Assembly: GCF_009914755.1 (NCBI RefSeq)
Contig: NC_060931.1
Reading direction: 5' to 3' (one strand)
Length of the DNA: 64,000 bases
From: the human T2T-CHM13v2.0 reference genome, Homo sapiens
Part shown: piece after piece, positions 57,171-64,000 of the stretch
Position numbering within the stretch: position 1 is the stretch's first letter
How the letters are laid out: each line of letters opens with the position of its first letter
Notes under the pieces: model-generated
Seen by the model: the letters and a program-made list of their open reading frames with translations, nothing else
What the model was told of the DNA's origin: nothing
The model's database searches: none
Made by a program: the position numbers and the translations under genes

Positions 57171-57958
57171 TATGTCTGCTCCCAAATAAACTATATTCAA
57201 ATAAACTTATTAGTCAATTAATTACAAGAGCTAAACTTTCTCAGTGATATTCTCTCGTGAATGGCAAATTCACACCAGTGATATCTTGCTAGAAAATACA
57301 CCAGTCTATTTGGGTTTAGGGAAGTTAGAACTACTATAAAACTGATTATAATAAGAGACATAAATGGCTATTTAAATATATATTTTATTAATATAAATAA
57401 TATGCAGCCACTATATATAACTTTAGTTAAAGTCAGTATGTGTTTTTCCAACTTCATATTTTTTTCCATCTCTGTGTTTGTGTATGAATCATTCCTGAAC
57501 TAATTTCTACCAGTAATGAATTGAATATCAAAGTCATTCTCTATTATAGTGTTATACAACCTTCATTAAATATTGTTAGTATGCGTTCTTTAATTAGGCC
57601 CAATTAAGTGCTTTAGGACACCTCAATCCTTGACTCTAGAATCTCTAAAGTATATCTTCAACAGATACTTGTATAAAAATATTTAATGACTAAACCCGGA
57701 ATAAAAAACAATACCTTTATATACATTAACTTGAAGATCAGAGAGGCTGTAGTTCTCTTCGCCATCAGTGAGGCTCACTAAGAATATGATCTTACATTCT
57801 CCCTGTCTGTTCTGAATTTTGCTGACCTTCTTATTTGCCAGACTACTATTTTCCAGAGTAAAGGTAATAAGTGGCAAGGCATTACTCAGTAATTATGCAC
57901 ATATTTGTAATATATAGAGAAAATGTCACAAAATTTATTATTTTAAAATGTGTTACAA

Positions 57959-58179
57959 CTGCTCAAAGAAATCAGAGACAACACAAACAATGGAAACTCA
58001 TTCCATGCTCATGGATAGGAAGAATCTATATCATTAAAACAGCCATACTGACCAAAGCAATTTATAGATTCAATGTGATTCCTATCGAACTACCAATGAC
58101 ATTCTTCACGAAACTAAGAAAAACAATTTTAAAATTTATATGGAACCAAAAAAGAGCCCAAATAGCCAAGGGAGTCCTA

Positions 58180-58237
<58 letters not shown>

Positions 58238-59669
58238 CTGGAGGCATCATACTATCTATCTTCAAATTACTACAGGGCTACAGTAAACAAAACAACATGG
58301 TACTGGTACAAAAACAGACATATAGACCAAAGAAACAGAATAGAGAGCCCAGAAATAAGAATACACATGTCTAACCATCTGGTCTTCAACAAAGCTGACA
58401 AAAACAAGCAATGGGGAAAGGACTGCCTATTCAATAAATGGTGCTGGTATAACCGGCTAGCCATATGCAGAAGCTTGAAACTGGACCCCTTCCTTACATC
58501 ATATACAAACATCAACTCAAGATAAAGACTTAAATGTAAAACCCAAAACTATAAAACCCTGGAAGACAAGCTAGCCAATACCATTCTGGACATAAATGGG
58601 CAAAGATTGCATGATGAAGATGCCAAAAAGCAATTGCAACAAAAGCAAAATTGACAAATGGGATCTAATTAAACTAGAGTTTCTGCACAGCAAAAGAAAC
58701 TATCAATCATCAGAGTAAACAGACAACCTATGGAATGAGAGAAAATGTGTCCATACTATGCATCTGACAATGGTCAAATATCCAGCATCTATAAGGAACT
58801 TAAACAAATTCATAAGAGAAACCAAACCCCACTAAAAAGTGGGCAAAGTACCAGAAAAGATACTTTTCAAAAGAATACATACATGCAGCCAACAAATGAA
58901 AAAAGCTCAATATCACTCATTATTAGAGAAATGCAAATCAAAACCACAATGAGATACCATCTCACACCAGTCAGAATGGCTACTGTTAAAAAGTCAGTCA
59001 AAAAATAACAGATGCTGGCCAGGTTGCAGAGAAAAAGGAATGCTTCCACATTTTCAGTAAGAGCATAATTAGTTCAACCATTGTGGAAAGCAGTGTGGCA
59101 ATTCCTCAGAGACCGAAAAACAGAACTACCATTCGACCCAGCAATCCCATTACTGAGTATATACTCAAAGGAATATAAATCATTCTATTATAAAGACATA
59201 TACACATATATGTTCATTGCAACACTATTCATAATAGCAAAGACATGGAATCAACCTAAATGCCTGTCAATGACAGACTGAATAAGGAAAATATGGTACA
59301 CATACACCATGGAATATTGTGCAGCCATAAAAAAGAACAAGATTACGTCCTTTACAGGGACATGAATGGAGCTGGCAGCCATTATCCTTGGCAAACTAAC
59401 ATAGGAACAGAAAACCAAATACCACGTTTTCACTTACATGTGGGAGCTAAATGATGACAACACATGAACACACAGAGGAGAACAACAGACACTGGGGCCT
59501 ACTGGAGATCAGAGGGTGGGAGGAGGGAGTGAACCAGAAAAAATAACTAGTGGTATGAGGCTCAATATCTGCGTGATGAAATAACCTGTATAACAAATCC
59601 CCCTGATACAAGTTTACCTATATAAGAAACCTGCACATGCAGCCCTGAACCTAAAATAAAAGTTTAAAA
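57959..59669 (+). mobile_element. 5'-truncated L1PA13-like LINE-1 with internal A52 tract
   Basis: ORF2 C-terminal peptides; 3'UTR gaaaaaataactag...aaacctgcacatgcagccctgaacctaaaataaaagtt; TSD aaaatgtgtta(c/t)aa at 57945-57958 and 59670-59683, preceded by TTTT. Confidence 0.93.
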
Positions 59670-61310
59670 AAAATGTGTTATAAAGGAATGATTTTGTTTT
59701 GCTCTTGTGTAAATATTCCAAACCTCATGAACTGATTGGTGTCTTAATTCCATGAGAACTAACTATTATCTTATCCTTGGAAATTTAAGTCTGTGAACAT
59801 CTGTGTGTTTTATACCTCCTCAGTATAGGAAATACTAATGGGCCCATTGACATTCTCTTGAAGATAAACGTCTATATCTGACTTTATTCAGTAAACTTTT
59901 AATTAGTCTCAAATATGTAGAGAAACTCACTAGTTTTCTTGGAACATTACGCTGGTTAGAAATTCTGGTAAAAATTGCTGTGGGCAATATCATTTTAAAA
60001 AATGTTTTCAAGGATGTGGGAAAGGCTGGGATTGTAATTTACCTGCTTAATAGCTACCTGATATAAGGTGATACGCAGCACTCATTCCACAGATATTTTG
60101 CTCTTCACCTTCAGCAAGATGTTAAATGCTTTCAAATAGCTATTCTGTACTGTTTTATTGGTGTTAACAGAGCTATCATGGCTGTTACTGGCCATCTTTA
60201 TAGCCCTTTGCTGATTCACTTCCACAGCATGTATGTCTGGCTACCAAAAATGTCATTGATCATAGTTCAAGCCATCATCCTTAGATGATAAAATTGGTGA
60301 TGTCATTGAATGACAGATTCAAAAAGTATCATAAAAAGTTATTCAAACAGATGGCAAATACACCACTGTTTATATTTTTAAATGAATGCTACAGATGGTA
60401 AGAAATTATTCCACCATGTTTAATAGGAAAATTCCACAGCATTTCTACAAAGGCACTTTTCTTTTTATTGCAAGGAAATATATTCAGCAATTTAGCTACC
60501 AACCACTCCTTTTCCTTCCAAATGGTATATTGGAAGCATATGGGAAAGATGTCTAAGGAGCCAGTATTCATTTTTTCTTTATGTGTCCTTAAATTTATTG
60601 AGCAATAAAAATAAATAGGAAAGAGAAAAGTGTGTGGATGTGTTCATTCATTAGGAAAATATATATAATAATTCTTAAGGATATTTTTAGGTAACTTACT
60701 CATTCAGTTACAACATATTTAACCATTAAAGTATTTTGGGTTAAAAGAAAACATTTGAACGTCATGTTAACATTCTAAGAATATCCTTTTTTAATGTACT
60801 GTTAGTCTGCTTGTATTGTGTACTAATTTTATGCTTATTTTATGAAATGATGCTATAACAGCATGTTTTGCGCAACAAGAATAATTATATAAATTAAACA
60901 AGCATTTGAAAACAAGAATTTAAGTCTTTGCTTGATTACATATCTGATTATAGTTACAGTAACAGAGATTACTATACTTTATGTAAACAACTGTCCATAT
61001 CTTAAATATTTAATTCTGTTCTCTCCATAGCATACACATATTCCTTGAATATTGATAATGAAATCAGCTCCTCCATAATCAATCAATCACATTTTATGTC
61101 ACATATTACAAAAATCAAACATTTAATTTAACATCAGAATCCCTTTGTAGAACTTCAATATCTTTCATAACTTTTTTCCTTTGAACAATTATTACACCTG
61201 TCCTTGCTCTCAAATGTATATTTAACCTTTTAAAAATATAAATATAACCTATTTGAAAATATATATCACCAGATTTTACCTTTCAAATAGCCTTTCAAAA
61301 TATTTCTTAC

Positions 61311-61470
61311 CTGTGAGTATAAGGCTGTTTCTTCCTGAAGCATTGGCTGTAGGGGCAATCTGGTTGTGTCATATCTAGTGGATAACATGTTGCACTCTTG
61401 TGTTAGGAGCTGGTGCAGTGCTTCCCTGCTTCCTGATTGTTTGGTCCCATCATTTCTTCTTCATGTAGAC
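61311..61470 (-). other. Candidate spliced exon (160 nt) of an unidentified, probably non-coding or 5'UTR transcript
   Basis: Minus strand: ttttttggttattaaAG|gtctac...ctcacag|GTAAGAaat; less AT-rich and GAAGAA-rich relative to flanks; stops in all three frames. Confidence 0.4.
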
Positions 61471-61750
61471 CTTTAATAACCAAAAAAATCATGGTTAAAA
61501 TTCAAAGTCTGTAACCTTTTCTACCAAAAAATATAAAAAATCAAAATGAATGAGAGATGGACTGACTTACTTAAAAAATGAACAGGTCAACATTTTAACA
61601 CTATATGGTACAACTTCTATTTTGTGTCAGGATGGTGCCCAGTAGCCTTCCAAAGGCAGGACACAGACACTGCCTCAGTGCACCAAAGCCAAGGGCATGT
61701 AAAACAGCATTGTTACAAATTATTTTTAACTTTGATCTGTAGCCTCTAAA

Positions 61751-61935
61751 ACAGTGGTTCTCATGTTAGCTTTCTCAGAATCACTGGAAGGTTTGTTAAA
61801 ACCAAGATTGCCAAGCCCCAGACCTAAAATTTTGGATCCACTCAGCTTGGAGTGGGACCAGAAAATTTCGATTTCTAGCAAGTTCCTAGCTGATTTGGAT
61901 GCTCCTGCCCTGGGGACCTCACTTGTAGAATGATT
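61751..61935. mobile_element. MER5A (hAT-Charlie)
   Basis: cagtggttctca...cagaatcactggaaggtttgttaaaacc...atttctagcaagttcc...ggggacctcactt. Confidence 0.85.
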
Positions 61936-62643
61936 CTAGCATTAAGATAGATGGAGAAAGCAGTGAATTGAAACAGCAGGTTCTAAACTCAGCTTTGCCA
62001 TTAGCTGTGTGATGTTGGAAATGGCATTTACTATTTCAGGTTTACTGTTTTATACTTATTTTAGATGAAAGTTCGTCTAGTTAATCATTTATTCCTTTGA
62101 ATGTCACCTAAAAATCTTTGAATATAAATCAATAGCCACTAGAAAGCACACTGCACCTTTAATGAGGGTAATTCAAAGGTCTTACAGAAGACAGTTCTGA
62201 AAAAACTGAAATTACACAGAAGCTCTGCTTTTCATCCCTGCTTCTTTGGCAAAGGTAGACTGAACTTGAATTCAAAATGTTCTCTACTTGAGCTATACAA
62301 AAACCCAAAAGATGCACAGACAGCAAACAAATAAAAATACTACCTAGAATATTCTCCAATGGATATAAATGATTCTCAATTCAGTCACATCTTTAACATA
62401 TTATTAAGTTAGTGCAGAGGCCTCCTCTTCAATGTTTTCAGATTTCTCCATCTCAGGCTGCTCTTTGGCCTCATGCTATACCAACCAGTTATTTAGCCCT
62501 CTATGCTGATTAAATGCTGGAGAGTCATAGATTCCCTTGCCAGGCTACCCAAATGTTGGGCTATTCCATAAATATGATTTTCTTGTTATATATAATGGTG
62601 GCTCTTTACATCTCCATATTTCAGGGCCCTAGAAAACCTCTGC

Positions 62644-62948
62644 AGCCTGGCACAGTGGCTCACACCTGTAATTTTGGCACTTTGGGAGGCCAAAGTGGGA
62701 GGATTGCTTGAGGACAGGAGTATGAGACTAGCCTGAGCAATATACAAAGACCCTGCTTCTGCAAAAAAAAAAAAATAATTAATAATAATACAAAGTAGCT
62801 GGGAATGGTGGCATATGCCTATAGTCCCAGGAAGCTGAGGTGGGAGTATCACATGAGTCCTGCAGGTTGAAGCTGCAGTGTGCTGATTTCATCACTGCAC
62901 TCCAGCCTGGATGACAGAGTGGGACACTGTCTTTAAACAAACAAACAA
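62644..62948 (+). mobile_element. AluJ-type SINE
   Basis: ggaggattgcttgag, gaagctgcagtg; (AAAC)n tail; short TSD aaacctct. Confidence 0.9.
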
Positions 62949-64000
62949 ACCTCTCAGTTCTAGGGAATGGCCGGAGTTTAGAAACACAGAATTATTCCTT
63001 ACATAGCTGAATTGATTGGGTTCTACATTGGTTAGATTTACTTAGGTCTGCCTAACCTCTCTTGAATTATATTAGTCCATCTCTATTATAGCAGAGACAA
63101 TTTGACTAATAGATGCAAACAGACAAGAAAGATGATTGACTATTCAGAATTAATAAAGAGCAGGAGAGTTTTCATGTTTTGAGGGATGAACAAAGTGTTA
63201 AGAAAATGGTTTTCTAATCTGTATTCCTGAAAGGCCCCAGGTTAATAAAAGGAGCTATTAAATTATTAATAGCTTTAAGGAAATCAGATACCATATTTTT
63301 AAATTTTATTTGCAATCTATTTTAAAATGAATAAGGCTGAAATGTTATTTGCTCTGCAGGTTCTCCTTTCCTACATCCCCTTTAACAATGACACTCAACA
63401 AAAAGCATACGACTGATTCAAAACTCACATTAGTGGTGGTCTGATACATAAAAATCTCCAGTTTAGCAAATAAAGTAATATTTTCACAATTGCTTCTAAT
63501 AATTAATCCACAGCATTCTTACTTTTAAATAGCATTTTTAAATGCTAGTTTTAATGCTATTTTAAATGCTATTTAAAAAGTATTTCAAATACATTTTCCT
63601 TTCTAAAATTGTATTCATTAGAATTTATAATATATTTTGCTGTTTTAAATAAATTATGTACTATTAACAATTGTAATAAAAACTTACCTAGAAGATACAT
63701 AGAGATTTATGGTAACAGGGACTCAAATTTTAAAATAAATATTTGTAGAGAAGTATGATAAGATATTCAATATAAGGCCTTCGAGCATAAAATCATATTA
63801 CATTAGGACAAATTAATGTTGCTAAATTGGAATGGGAATAGAAATTCATGAAGACAGAATGAATGATATAAAATGTCCAACTCAAAGTAACAGTTCATTC
63901 ATATGTTTTTAAATAAATGATGTTATCAATTATCATGGTATTTATACTCAAGTTCTGTCAATATTTAAACATATCATACTTTCAACTATCTATACTTGCT

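Noticed and set aside
57871-58374. 167-aa ORF with poly-lysine
   Set aside because: L1 ORF2 remnant read through the A52 tract

Overview
Primate, most likely human, nuclear DNA: AT-rich, with no CpG island and dense in interspersed repeats (Alu, L1PA/L1PB/L1M, L2, MIR, THE1, MLT1/2, MER elements). It reads as a gene-poor intergenic region or a large intron, and I see no intact protein-coding gene. The best non-repeat feature, almost invisible in the ORF track, is an old 5'-truncated processed pseudogene of STAMBPL1 (AMSH-LP, a JAMM deubiquitinase) at ~4941-5960, inserted into an ancient L1-type element. Also present: a full-length ~6.16-kb L1PA4-like element (minus strand, with TSD, disrupted ORF1/ORF2/ORF0 and the retained ~129-bp ZNF93-bound segment); a three-level nested L1M>L1PB>THE1C/MLT2A cluster; a twin-primed 5'-inverted L1PB; two tail-less internal L1 fragments; several local template-switch or duplication scars (a 100-bp dispersed duplication, a fold-back next to (TA)20, a micro-inversion); and a candidate non-coding minus-strand exon near 61.4 kb. 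I found no evidence for a new multi-gene system. Subfamily names come from recalled consensus sequences and need RepeatMasker/Dfam confirmation.
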